Shown here piece by piece: positions 27,522 to 36,635 of a DNA stretch of 60,592 nucleotides. The notes beneath the pieces were generated by a model. It was not told where the DNA came from, made no database searches, and saw only the letters and a list, made by a program, of their open reading frames with translations. Every line of letters begins with the position of its first letter. Position 1 is the stretch's first letter. The translations under genes and the position numbers were made by a program. The stretch is from Acidilobaceae archaeon (GTDB lineage Archaea > Thermoproteota > Thermoprotei_A > Sulfolobales > Acidilobaceae): NCBI GenBank assembly GCA_026985435.1, contig JALSQL010000012.1, positions 1 through 60,592 on the forward strand. The letters are read 5' to 3'.

Positions 27522-29620
27522 GTGCCCCGCGTAGCGCCAGCAAGGGCCCGGCTAGCGCTCGCCTTGCCCCTCGCAGCCCTCCTAGTAGCACTAGCCGCTC
27601 CGGCCCCCCACCTGGGGGCGGCTGGCGGCCGCCTGCAGCCCGGGCAGCCCAGCCCGCTGGAGGCTACGTGACAGAACCTAACCTGGTGCCCCTGCAGGCT
27701 TCTAGGCCTCGGGGGGTGGGCCTCCTCAGCGTACATCGGCGGCGGCGCTGTGGCGCTCCTCAACACCAGCGGCTCCACGGTGCTCGTAGCCTCCGGCCAC
27801 TCGGGCGACGGGCAGATACGCCTGGAGGCCCCCAAGCCGTGGACGCTCTACGTGCACGTCAGGGCATCGGGGGCCCTCCAGGGCTTCTACCGCGACACCA
27901 CCCTAGCCGTGGACACGCGGGGCTCCAACAGCGGCATCACCCTCCACCTGGAGAGGGCCACGGGCAAGGTCAGGGTGACGCCGACCGACTCCCTCACTGG
28001 CAAGAGCGTGGCGGGGGCCAGCATAGTCTTCCTTGGCCCGGTCAACTCGACACTGGAGCCCGGCGTGGACTACGAGCTCCCCTGGGGCTACTACACGGTG
28101 GCCGTGACGGCGCCCTACTACGAGGCCTACACCACCACAGTCTACCTGCAGCCGGGCGCCCTCGTGCAGGTCAACGCTAGCCTCGATAGGGTCCGAGTCC
28201 CCGTCACCCTCACCGTCGTGGACGGTGACTCCGGCTGCCCGCCAGCGTCTACAGTCACAGCCACGGCATTCTCGGGCGAGTCTGGCGACGCCCAGACGGC
28301 CTCCGGGGCTGGAAACCTCACGCTGGCGCTGCGCGTCGACGAGGAGTACACAGTCACAATCAGCACCCCCGGCTACCGTGAGGTCACCCTAAACGTCAAG
28401 CCGGGGGAGTCCCCCGGCTAGCCTCACCGTGACGCTCCACAGGCTACTCGTCACCGTCAGGGTTGAGGTGAGGGATGGAGCCACGGGCGCCTACGTCACC
28501 GGCCCCTCATCTCGCTCCAGGGCCAGACAGGCTCGTACTCCTCTCAAACCGGGCCCGACGGGGTGGCTGTACTCCAGGCGCCCTGGGGGTCCTACACCCT
28601 CCAGGCCACGGCCAGCGCATACGAGAACTACACGGCACCACTCACGATACCATCGCCTGGAGAAGCCAGCGGCACCCTAGAGGCCAACCTCACCCTGGAG
28701 ATGCACGCGACGACCCTGCTCATGAGGGTTGTCGACAGCGAGACCGGCATCCCAATACCGGCCAAGGCCACGGTAACCTCCAGCGAAATACCCTACGAGG
28801 CCACGGTCGACACACCACCCGAGGGAGGCACCCAACTAAGGATCACCTCGGGTAGATACGTCATTCACGTCGTGGCCCCCGGCTTCGAGCCAAAGAACGT
28901 CACCATAGACGTTACGGGCAACACCTACACCATAAACATATCCAGGAAACTCTCTAGGGTGACAATGAGCCTCGTAGACTCTATAACCGGCGCCCTGGTT
29001 CCCGTGTCAATAACTGTGTCAGGCCCCCTCTACCAGACCCTGGGCCTGGGCAATACTACAATACTAGCGGCGAGTGGAGCCGCACAGCTCGTACTGCTAC
29101 AAGGGATAACTTATACTATCTCAATAACCCCCTCAAATCATACTACTACCCAAGAACCATCCAGGTCACACCTAGAAACTCCTCAATGAGCCTGCAGGTG
29201 GCACTATCGCGGATACCCGTCGAGGCCACCTTCATTGTAGTCGACGGCAACGGCGAGATGGTAAAGGATGCCTATGTAGTCCTAAAGCTCTCCCAGTATT
29301 ATACGACAAGCGCCGAGCCGAGCAAGCCTGCATACGTGCTGGCAGGCAGGTATAGTGTTCAGGTAGTCTGCAAGGGCTCCATAATCCTCTACCCTGCCCC
29401 CGTTGACGTGAGGGAGTCAGGCGTCTACAGGATAGTCATAAACCCAAGCATGCTATAACGCCTCATCCACGACTGGCTATCCTACATAGCGGTGATCGTT
29501 ATTGCTGCAACCACCTCCCTAACGCTTGTCTACCAAGCCTACAAACACTACGCGGCCGCTCGCGAGGATCTGGAAAGTCTAAATCCTGAGAGACGGCAAG
29601 CCTCGAATGCCCCCACCTAG
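27522..29620 (+). pseudogene. Broken surface-protein gene (signal peptide, CarboxypepD_reg/PEGA-like beta repeats, C-terminal TM)
   Basis: One reading path is recovered across in-frame TGA 27669, frameshifts near 28410, 28503 and 29139, and in-frame TAA 29456; repeats 'V.D..TG..(V/I)'. Confidence 0.8.
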
Positions 29621-29708
29621 CCGCCCGTGATCTACCCCCTGAACACACAAACACACAACTAGCCCTATATGCCTCCAGCAGGGGATAACTCCTAAACCCC
29701 ATCTCAAG

Positions 29709-30708
29709 CTAGGATCGTGTCACCTCATACCGGTGCTCCGAGCCGAACTCCCCTTCCCTGCCCGGCCTATACTCTGCAAGCCTAGCCTTCCAGGTGCGTC
29801 CATACGTCAATTCTAGTATCTCCTCTATAATGCCGGATGTGAGGGGGTCCACGTAGCCCGAGCCACTCACTCTGGGCGGCCTCAGCCAATAGCCGTAGAG
29901 TTTGATCCTGGCGCTGCCGACGTTTCTACCCCCACCTTCGAAGTCTAGCCTGTAGCCAGTGGCCCACCCGGCAGCAAGCATTGCCTTGAGTGCCTCTTCA
30001 ATATTCCCTTTAGAGTCTTCCTCCCCAGCGCCCCCCTCCCTCATCGATAACAGCGTGTGGGCGAATGTGCAGAGGTACCCCCTATGAATCGGCCTAGCAT
30101 GTAGAGGGCCTGGAGTGCTAGGGGCCTACTAGTGGAGGGGAATGTCCAGTACAGCGTGTCCACTTATATATTGGAGTGTTGCGGACCTTATAATTAGGGC
30201 CCTGGCGGACCCGTGCCTAGCAGAGGTGGTCAGCGCTCCAAGAGCTGGTGCCACCGCTATCGAGGGGCCCTCGTATGGCCCGTATACCTCTGGTTCGCCT
30301 ATGACACCCTCGGTATCCCTTAGCAACCTCGCCAATAGCTCCCTGACCCCCCAAGGTTCCCAGCCCGAAATGCTACAAATACTACAACACGCCCCCTGGG
30401 AGCGGCCTCCTCGGGGATCCTGTAACCTAGAAGCTTCACGACATTACCTCCCAGCTCGTAGACGCGCTCCAGGATATTCTTTAGGACGCCCGGTTTGTCC
30501 TCCACCATAATATCCAGATATCCAGTATGAAAGCCGCCTCCCCTGGGTAAACGGGCACCGCCGGCGTGACGTCCAGCGGCTCCAAAGGCCTTCCTCCACG
30601 TTCTCCGTCCACCTTCTCCCATCCGTTTATCTCGAGGCTTACTTTAGGGGTATTTGAGCTTCTCCTAAGCCTACCACCTTCTCGTCTGTTGCTTCCTTTA
30701 GCTAACAT
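29709..30708 (-). pseudogene. Broken ACT-domain + V4R-like domain gene
   Basis: Fragments in different frames: ACT 'IMVEDKPGVLKNILERVYELGGNV', 'ALYMLGRFIG', 'AAGWA...LTSGIIEEILELTYG'. Confidence 0.65.
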
Positions 30709-30814
30709 CTAAAAGCCACCCTACCCCAGGGTTGGACAGAGGGCCATAGACCTAAAGGGGGGCCTCCACCTCTCACAAGGCCCACTAGCACCCTCCCCAG
30801 GAGGTGCATAGCAC

Positions 30815-31312
30815 GTGGGCGAAGATTCGGGATTAATGGTATCCAGAACCGCCGTGCTGGCCTGGGCTGGCCCCTTACTCGTATCGGCGGCCCTGCCAGG
30901 CTTGGAGGCCGATGTGGGGATAGTCCGGCTCGTGGGTGAGGCCCTCGAGGGCTCCAGCCTCCCGGTCGGCGACCCTCTCCGGGCTGCGAGGGTGCTGGCC
31001 GCCCTGTATGGCGGGGTGATCCTGTCATACAACCTGGACGGCCTGCTGGTCCCCCTCTCGAGGGCCCTCCCAGACTGGCCGGTGCGGGTTGTAGACGGCC
31101 GCCCGTGCGAGCCTACTGTGCTGGGGGTGGACGAGCTCCTGCGCGCCTGGGCCCTCCTACTGCGGGGGGAGGGTGGCGCTCTCGAGCGCTTGGGGCGCTG
31201 CAGCGTGGCCCCGGAGGGCCTCGCGCTCGCTGTTGGGGAGGGCGAGCTCCTCCCCCCGGTGGGCTTCGTGTCTACCCCTGAATCGCGGCAACGTGGCCCC
31301 GAGGACGGATAG
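30815..31312 (+). CDS. Hypothetical protein
   Basis: Preceded by SD-like GGAGGTG; host-like codon usage; no motif recognised. Confidence 0.5.
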   Translation: MGEDSGLMVSRTAVLAWAGPLLVSAALPGLEADVGIVRLVGEALEGSSLPVGDPLRAARVLAALYGGVILSYNLDGLLVPLSRALPDWPVRVVDGRPCEPTVLGVDELLRAWALLLRGEGGALERLGRCSVAPEGLALAVGEGELLPPVGFVSTPESRQRGPEDG

Positions 31313-31377
31313 TAGTAAACGCCGGGATGGCCGCCGGGCCGGGCCCAGCGTGGCGTTTGCCCGGGGGGCTTGGGGGG

Positions 31378-31578
31378 TCAGCCTCTAGAGTAGACTATGG
31401 ATGCCGCGGCGAGCGTTCCCACCGCCGCCAGGGAGACCGCTGCTAGAAGCCGTAGCACCGCTAGCACGAGCTTCTCGTCGTCCGCCAGGATGAGTAGCGC
31501 CGCCAGCCCCCAGGTTATGGCTAGGACTGCCAGGGCGGCTAGCAGCTCGCGCGGCCTAGGCTGGGCCAGGGTGGCCAC
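31378..31578 (-). CDS. Small membrane protein (2 TM)
   Basis: Two hydrophobic helices separated by 'DDEK'; directly downstream of speE. Confidence 0.55.
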   Translation of the reverse strand: MATLAQPRPRELLAALAVLAITWGLAALLILADDEKLVLAVLRLLAAVSLAAVGTLAAASIVYSRG

Positions 31579-31592
31579 CCCCCGGGAACACG

Positions 31593-32513
31593 CTAGACCG
31601 GCACGTAGACGGGGTTGTCGAGCGTGGCCACCCTCTTCTCCCTCGCCAGGATGTCGCGGGCGTAGCGGGGTAGGCTGAACATTCTCGCGTGGCTCTCGGG
31701 GTCGTAGAACCGGTTCTCCCCCTCGACGAGGCCCGGGAGGGCCTCGCCCACTCTCTCCGGTGTAAGTGTGGCCGGGTCCTTGTCGTCGCTAGCTATGACG
31801 AAGCTCCACTCGTCGTCGAAGCTCTTTATGAATACCGTGTAGCTGGCCACGTGCTTGAAAACGCTGGCTATAGTATTCCTTATGATGGCGTGGGTTGATA
31901 TGTCGTAGGACAGGCTCGTGGCCTGGGTCACGAACACGCCCCCGCTCCTCAGGATGGTCTTGGCCTTCTCGTAGAACTCCCTCACGTAGAGCTTGTACGC
32001 CGGCCCGCCCTCCGTGGGGTCTGCCAGGTCGGCTATCACCACGTCGAAGCCCTCCCCCCTCCTCGAGGCCTCCTCCACGTACTCCAGGCCATCGCCTATC
32101 ACGAGGTTGAGCCTCGGGTCCCCGAAGGCGCCCCGGTGCCATTCCGGCAGGTACCGCTTGGAGGCCTCGATCACCTCCCTGTCAATGTCGACCATCACAA
32201 CCTCCTCCACCGTACGGAACCTTAGAACCTCCCTGGCCGTCGCCCCCTCGCCTCCGCCGAGTATGAGGACCCTCCTAGGCGAGCCGTGGAGTATCATGGC
32301 TGGGTGGACCAGGGCCTCGTGGTAGACGTGCTCGTCGAGCTCGGCGCTCTGTATCTTACCGTCCAGGATCAGGGCCTTGCCCAGAGGGTCGAGAACCGCC
32401 ACCTCTATATCTTGGTATGGGCTGCGGCAGTGGCATATAAGCTCCCTCTTATGGAAGAGGTGGCCGCTTCCAGGTAGCTCCCACTCAACATACCAGTTCC
32501 ACAGGGGCTCCAC
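31593..32513 (-). CDS. speE: Polyamine aminopropyltransferase (spermidine synthase)
   Basis: 'SPYQDI', 'LDGKIQS', 'YHEALVHP', 'LGGGEGATARE', 'DVVIADL.DP'. Confidence 0.95.
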   Translation of the reverse strand: MEPLWNWYVEWELPGSGHLFHKRELICHCRSPYQDIEVAVLDPLGKALILDGKIQSAELDEHVYHEALVHPAMILHGSPRRVLILGGGEGATAREVLRFRTVEEVVMVDIDREVIEASKRYLPEWHRGAFGDPRLNLVIGDGLEYVEEASRRGEGFDVVIADLADPTEGGPAYKLYVREFYEKAKTILRSGGVFVTQATSLSYDISTHAIIRNTIASVFKHVASYTVFIKSFDDEWSFVIASDDKDPATLTPERVGEALPGLVEGENRFYDPESHARMFSLPRYARDILAREKRVATLDNPVYVPV

Positions 32514-32698
32514 TGCAAGTCCACCCCTCAGGCCTCGGCTGGGGAGTCCAGCCCGGGCATGATAAATACGCCCGACCCCCCGAGTGTATCACGGCAGGCA
32601 TACCTCCTTTCCCCCGCCAACTCCACCCTACAACCCAGGGTATCCAGGGGCCAGCCGTAGCTGGCAGACTAGACAACCCCGGGCGAGGGTGGCTAGGG

Positions 32699-32980
32699 TT
32701 GCGTGCCGGGCTGTGGGTGCTTGAGAGGCTCCGGCCTGCGGCGCTGGTTGTCGCCGCCGAGAGGCTGGCGGGGTGCCGGGGGGTGGAGTGCGCCCGCCGC
32801 GGCCTCGCCCTGATAGCGGCGAGGGCCCCCGACGGGTGGGTGAAGAGGAACGCCGAGTGGCTCCTAGCCCGCCCCGAGGCCCTGGCCCAGGCGGCCCGCC
32901 AGGCCCGCATGAACGGCGGCCCGCCCGAGAGCCTCGTAGGGGAGATACTGGCTAGGCTGGGCGAGGATAGTGAGGGCTAG
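32699..32980 (+). CDS. Hypothetical protein
   Basis: Short ORF filling the gap between speE and the HD gene; no motif recognised. Confidence 0.4.
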   Translation: MRAGLWVLERLRPAALVVAAERLAGCRGVECARRGLALIAARAPDGWVKRNAEWLLARPEALAQAARQARMNGGPPESLVGEILARLGEDSEG

Positions 32981-34539
32981 CATGCGGAGGCCGCCCTCTC
33001 TGCGTGCCTCGCTATCCACTCCGCCACCTCACCCCTAATCCTTTCAGCGTACCTGTACGCCTCCCTGTGCTCCCTCTCCTCGTGGGAGTAGGCGTACACG
33101 TACGGCAGGGGCATCGAGGCCGTCCTGAGGGTGCTCTCCAGGTAGAAGCTGTAGAGGCCCCCGGGGAGCGTTGGGAGGCTCGACCCGCCGATCCTCTCGG
33201 TCAGGGAGTCCTGGTGGACCCCCTCCACCCCGGCTATCACCCTGAAGAGCTCCTCCACTATACGCTCCTTCCCGAGCCTGTCCATGGCCTGCTCTATGGC
33301 GCAGCCAGCCCTCTCCACGCCCACCCTCTCCACGACCCTTGCCACTATCCTGTCGGGCCTCTTGATCAGGCTGATGGGCAGCAGGTCCCTCGAATCCCCC
33401 AGGGCCCTCGCCCACCTGGCCCGCTGGCCGCCCAGCCTGGCGAGGCCCCTAACCATTAGGTTGAACTCGCTGTCATCCCAGTACATGCACCCGGACCCTA
33501 TGCGGCCCGCTAGCACGTCTGGGTTCAGGAAGTCCTCCGGCCTGCCCACGCAGGCCAGCAGGTGCTGAGGGAGCACCTCCCGCCAGCTCCCGAAGAGGAG
33601 CGACACCACCTGGCGGAGGGCCACCGAGAGGCCGACAACCTTGTGGTGGAGGTACACGCTCCTGTACATCTTGAACCTGGCGTCGTACAGGTCCTCTATG
33701 GCCGGTATACTCTTCGGCCCATAGACCACCGAGAAGCCGTCGCCGCTCCGCTCGAGGCGTATATCATGGATCAGCCTCTCGAGGTCTATGAAGCCGAAGA
33801 CCACACCCGTGTTGTGAGCGTCCCTAATCAGGTAGTCCACCCTGTCGGCGTCGGCGAACCTATGCGATATTATCTGACCCACAACCCCGACCGCCGCCTC
33901 CTCGAGGCCCAGGTCGTCCAGCGTCTGCCTGGCCCTGCCAGTGAGGTCCACGCCGAACACTGCGGCCGCCGCGGCCTCGACCAGGCCCGCAGCCTCCTCA
34001 CCGTTAACCCCCCTGGGGGGCTCCCGCGAGAGCCGCCTGGCCAGTGCGAGGGAGAACCTGCTCCCCACAAACTCGTGGTACTTCCCCACCCTACCCCAGT
34101 CCACCCGCGGCACCTTTGACGGGTCTAGCGAGAAGTCCTCCGGGTTCCTCACGGCGTTCTCGAGCGGCCTCTCGAGCGTGTGGCTGTAGGGGGGGTGCCC
34201 TATGTCATGTATCAACCCGGCCACCCTCGCCAGCTCGACGAAAGCCTCGGGCCCCGGCTTCTTGTTGACAAGGTAGCCGAGCCCGCCGGAGGCCAGCACC
34301 CTCTCCGCTATCCTACTGGCAACGTGCATCACGCCGAGGGTGTGCTCGAACCTGCTGTGCTTTGCCGATGGGAAGACTAGGTACACATAGCCCAGCTGCC
34401 TGACCTCGTGGAGCCTCCTGAAGAATGGCGTCTGGAGTATCGCGTACTCCACCTCGTTGACTGGTATGAACCTGTGCACCGAGTCGAGGAATACCGCCTT
34501 GTACTTGTACAGCGCAATGCGCTCGCCAGCCGCTGCCAC
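32977..34539 (-). CDS. HD-domain phosphohydrolase (SAMHD1-like dNTPase family)
   Basis: 'RRLHEVRQLG...HSRFEHTLG', 'HDIGHPPYSH', 'DADRVDYLIRD', 'MYRSVYLH'; start moved to GTG 34539. Confidence 0.9.
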   Translation of the reverse strand: MAAAGERIALYKYKAVFLDSVHRFIPVNEVEYAILQTPFFRRLHEVRQLGYVYLVFPSAKHSRFEHTLGVMHVASRIAERVLASGGLGYLVNKKPGPEAFVELARVAGLIHDIGHPPYSHTLERPLENAVRNPEDFSLDPSKVPRVDWGRVGKYHEFVGSRFSLALARRLSREPPRGVNGEEAAGLVEAAAAAVFGVDLTGRARQTLDDLGLEEAAVGVVGQIISHRFADADRVDYLIRDAHNTGVVFGFIDLERLIHDIRLERSGDGFSVVYGPKSIPAIEDLYDARFKMYRSVYLHHKVVGLSVALRQVVSLLFGSWREVLPQHLLACVGRPEDFLNPDVLAGRIGSGCMYWDDSEFNLMVRGLARLGGQRARWARALGDSRDLLPISLIKRPDRIVARVVERVGVERAGCAIEQAMDRLGKERIVEELFRVIAGVEGVHQDSLTERIGGSSLPTLPGGLYSFYLESTLRTASMPLPYVYAYSHEEREHREAYRYAERIRGEVAEWIARHAERAASAC

Positions 34540-34634
34540 ATCGCAACACCCGCCTACCCAGCGGGCCTCCAGGAAGATGCAAGTATTACCCGGCCTTAAA
34601 TGTCTCCCGCGAGCGCCGCCGAGCCCACGGCGGG

Positions 34635-35729
34635 GTGCGCCGGGTGCCACGCGTAGCCGGGTACGACTACGCCATAGCAGGCATGGGGCCGGCCGGCGTC
34701 GCGGCGGCCTACAGGCTCGGCCGCCTAGGCTACAGGGTCGTCATACTCGAGGCCAACCCCCGCCCGGCAGTCAAGCCCTGCGGCTGGGGCGTGCCAGACG
34801 CCGAGTGGCTGCCGGCCCCGATCCCCCGGGGGAGCGTTGTCGCCCGCATAAGGCGCGCCCGCCTGCTCGTGGACGGCTCCGAGGCCATTAGGATCGAGGG
34901 GTGGCTGAGCGGCTACATAGTTGACAAGCCCGACTTCCTCGAGGAGCTCGCCGCCCAGGCGGGGGCCGAGGTGACGTACAGGGCCCCCCTGCTACCCCAC
35001 AGGGGCGAGGCCCGCATACCCGGCCGGGGGCTGGTGCGGCTCGACCCGTCGAGAAGCCTCGCGGCGGTCGGCAACGCGTACTACCCGGGGGAGAAGATCT
35101 TCGCTCTAGAGTACGAGGTCCGACTGCCAGAGGGCTGCGCCGACCCCGAGGAGCTGCTGATAGACTTCGACACGAGGCTAGTCGGCTACTACTGGCTCTT
35201 CCCCGCGCCCGGGGGCCTCTTCCAGGTCGGACTGGGCGGCTACGCCGACCCCCAGAGCCTCCGGGGGAGGCTCGACAGGTGGGTGCGGCGGCTACCTTGC
35301 AGGGCGGAGCCCGCCACGAGGCCCCGGGGCGCCCCTATAGCAGTGGGGGGCCTCAGGCTGTCGAGCCTGGCGGGGATACCCGTGGCCGGGGAGTCTGCTG
35401 GCTTCGTGCTGCCCCTAACCGGGGAGGGCATACGGCCCTCCATGGCCAGCGGCGCCGCCGCTGCGGGCGCCCTGGCGAGCGGTGGCGACCCCCTCGAGGC
35501 CCAGAAGGCCATACCGGCCGCCAGGGCCGTGGCCGCCCAGAGGAGGGTGCTAGAGAGGGTCCGTCGCATGGAGCCCGGCGAGAGGGCCAGCCTGCTGGCC
35601 TCGATACCGCCCCGTGTGCACGCGGAGGTTGCACTCGGGAGCCTGAGGAAGGCCGTCATACTCCGGGAGCTCTCGAGGAGGCCTAGGCTCGCCCTGAGGC
35701 TACTGCGACTCCTAGGGTTTTCAGAATAG
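34635..35729 (+). CDS. FAD-dependent oxidoreductase, geranylgeranyl reductase family
   Basis: 'GMGPAG', 'KPCGWG', 'GYYWLFP', 'GESAGFVLPLTGEGIRPS'. Confidence 0.88.
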   Translation: MRRVPRVAGYDYAIAGMGPAGVAAAYRLGRLGYRVVILEANPRPAVKPCGWGVPDAEWLPAPIPRGSVVARIRRARLLVDGSEAIRIEGWLSGYIVDKPDFLEELAAQAGAEVTYRAPLLPHRGEARIPGRGLVRLDPSRSLAAVGNAYYPGEKIFALEYEVRLPEGCADPEELLIDFDTRLVGYYWLFPAPGGLFQVGLGGYADPQSLRGRLDRWVRRLPCRAEPATRPRGAPIAVGGLRLSSLAGIPVAGESAGFVLPLTGEGIRPSMASGAAAAGALASGGDPLEAQKAIPAARAVAAQRRVLERVRRMEPGERASLLASIPPRVHAEVALGSLRKAVILRELSRRPRLALRLLRLLGFSE

Positions 35730-35814
35730 ATACTGGAGCCTGGCCGGTCATAGTTGTCCGCCAACACTATTATCCCCGAGACGCCTGGGCTAGGCGGGGG
35801 GTGCTGGCCTGGAC

Positions 35815-36324
35815 GTGCAGGGTGGCCCGGATGACAGGGACATAGAGATCCTCGAGTACCTCGAGTCCGATGCCAGGATACCCTGGCGCAGGCTCGCCAG
35901 CATCCTGGGAGTGAGCGAGGCCACGATATACATTAGGGTGAAGAAGCTCTCCTCCCTCGGCATACTAAGGGGGTTCCGGGCCCTGATAGACCCGTCTCCC
36001 CTGGGCCTCTCCACAGTGTTGTTCGTCTTCCTGAAGGTCAAGCCGGGCATGCTGGGCCGTGTCCGGGAAAAGCTCGGCGAGCTAGACTTCGTAGTCGAGA
36101 TTCACGAGGTAGCGGGCGACTACCAGCTTCTAGCCAAGGTGCTAGCCCCCAGCCAGGGCGAGGCCGCCAGGGCTGTGGAGGAGATAGCGGGAATAGAGGG
36201 GGTCACCGACTACGCCACGATAGCGTCGCTGCAGACCGTGAAGATCGACTCGAGCATAGTTAGGGCATACAAGTACTGGGCTCGGGTCGGCCAGCGAGAG
36301 TCCCCGGCCACCAGCCGCCGCTAG
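35815..36324 (+). CDS. Lrp/AsnC family transcriptional regulator
   Basis: 'DDRDIEILEYLESDARIP..LA..LGVSEATIYIRVKKL...GIL' plus RAM domain 'EVAGDYQ'. Confidence 0.93.
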   Translation: MQGGPDDRDIEILEYLESDARIPWRRLASILGVSEATIYIRVKKLSSLGILRGFRALIDPSPLGLSTVLFVFLKVKPGMLGRVREKLGELDFVVEIHEVAGDYQLLAKVLAPSQGEAARAVEEIAGIEGVTDYATIASLQTVKIDSSIVRAYKYWARVGQRESPATSRR

Positions 36325-36463
36325 GCGGCCTGGCCCCGGTTTCCTATACGTCATCCCCAGGCTTCCGGGGGCCGCAAACCGGGTTTATCGGCTTAACAGG
36401 AATACCGGCCCCGGCCTTCTGGGGGCCGCGTGGCGTTCCAGCCCTACCCTAACCCGTTAACCT

Positions 36464-36506
36464 CTATACGTATAGCTTTACCTATACATCGATATGTTTA
36501 TGTATA
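36464..36506. promoter_or_regulatory. Palindromic putative operator sites upstream of the S8 protease
   Basis: Perfect palindrome CTATACGTATAG 36464-75; inverted repeat TATACAT(36483-89)-N10-ATGTATA(36500-06) in an AT-rich intergenic region. Confidence 0.5.
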
Positions 36507-36635
36507 AGGGCTATTCTTACGGTTTCCGAGCATTTGTGAGCACTCTTCAGGGTCACAGGGATTACTTCTCTCTACTAAGTTTAGCTTATTAAGGGGGTCT
36601 CTCCGCCGTGGAGGCTGGCCTGTTGGGGTGGAAAT

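Noticed and set aside
27669..27671. In-frame TGA as selenocysteine or programmed readthrough
   Set aside because: The same gene also has a TAA and three frameshifts; simple decay (TGG to TGA) is more parsimonious.
32977..34539. HD dNTPase as an antiviral defence gene
   Set aside because: Host-like composition, housekeeping neighbours and no defence genes nearby; the family is common in archaea.
35282..35292. 11-nt match (GGTGCGGCGGC) to the tRNA-Gly 3' end, a possible att site bracketing lrp-protease
   Set aside because: Short, GC-rich and inside an intact gene; there is no integrase in the window, so it is consistent with chance.
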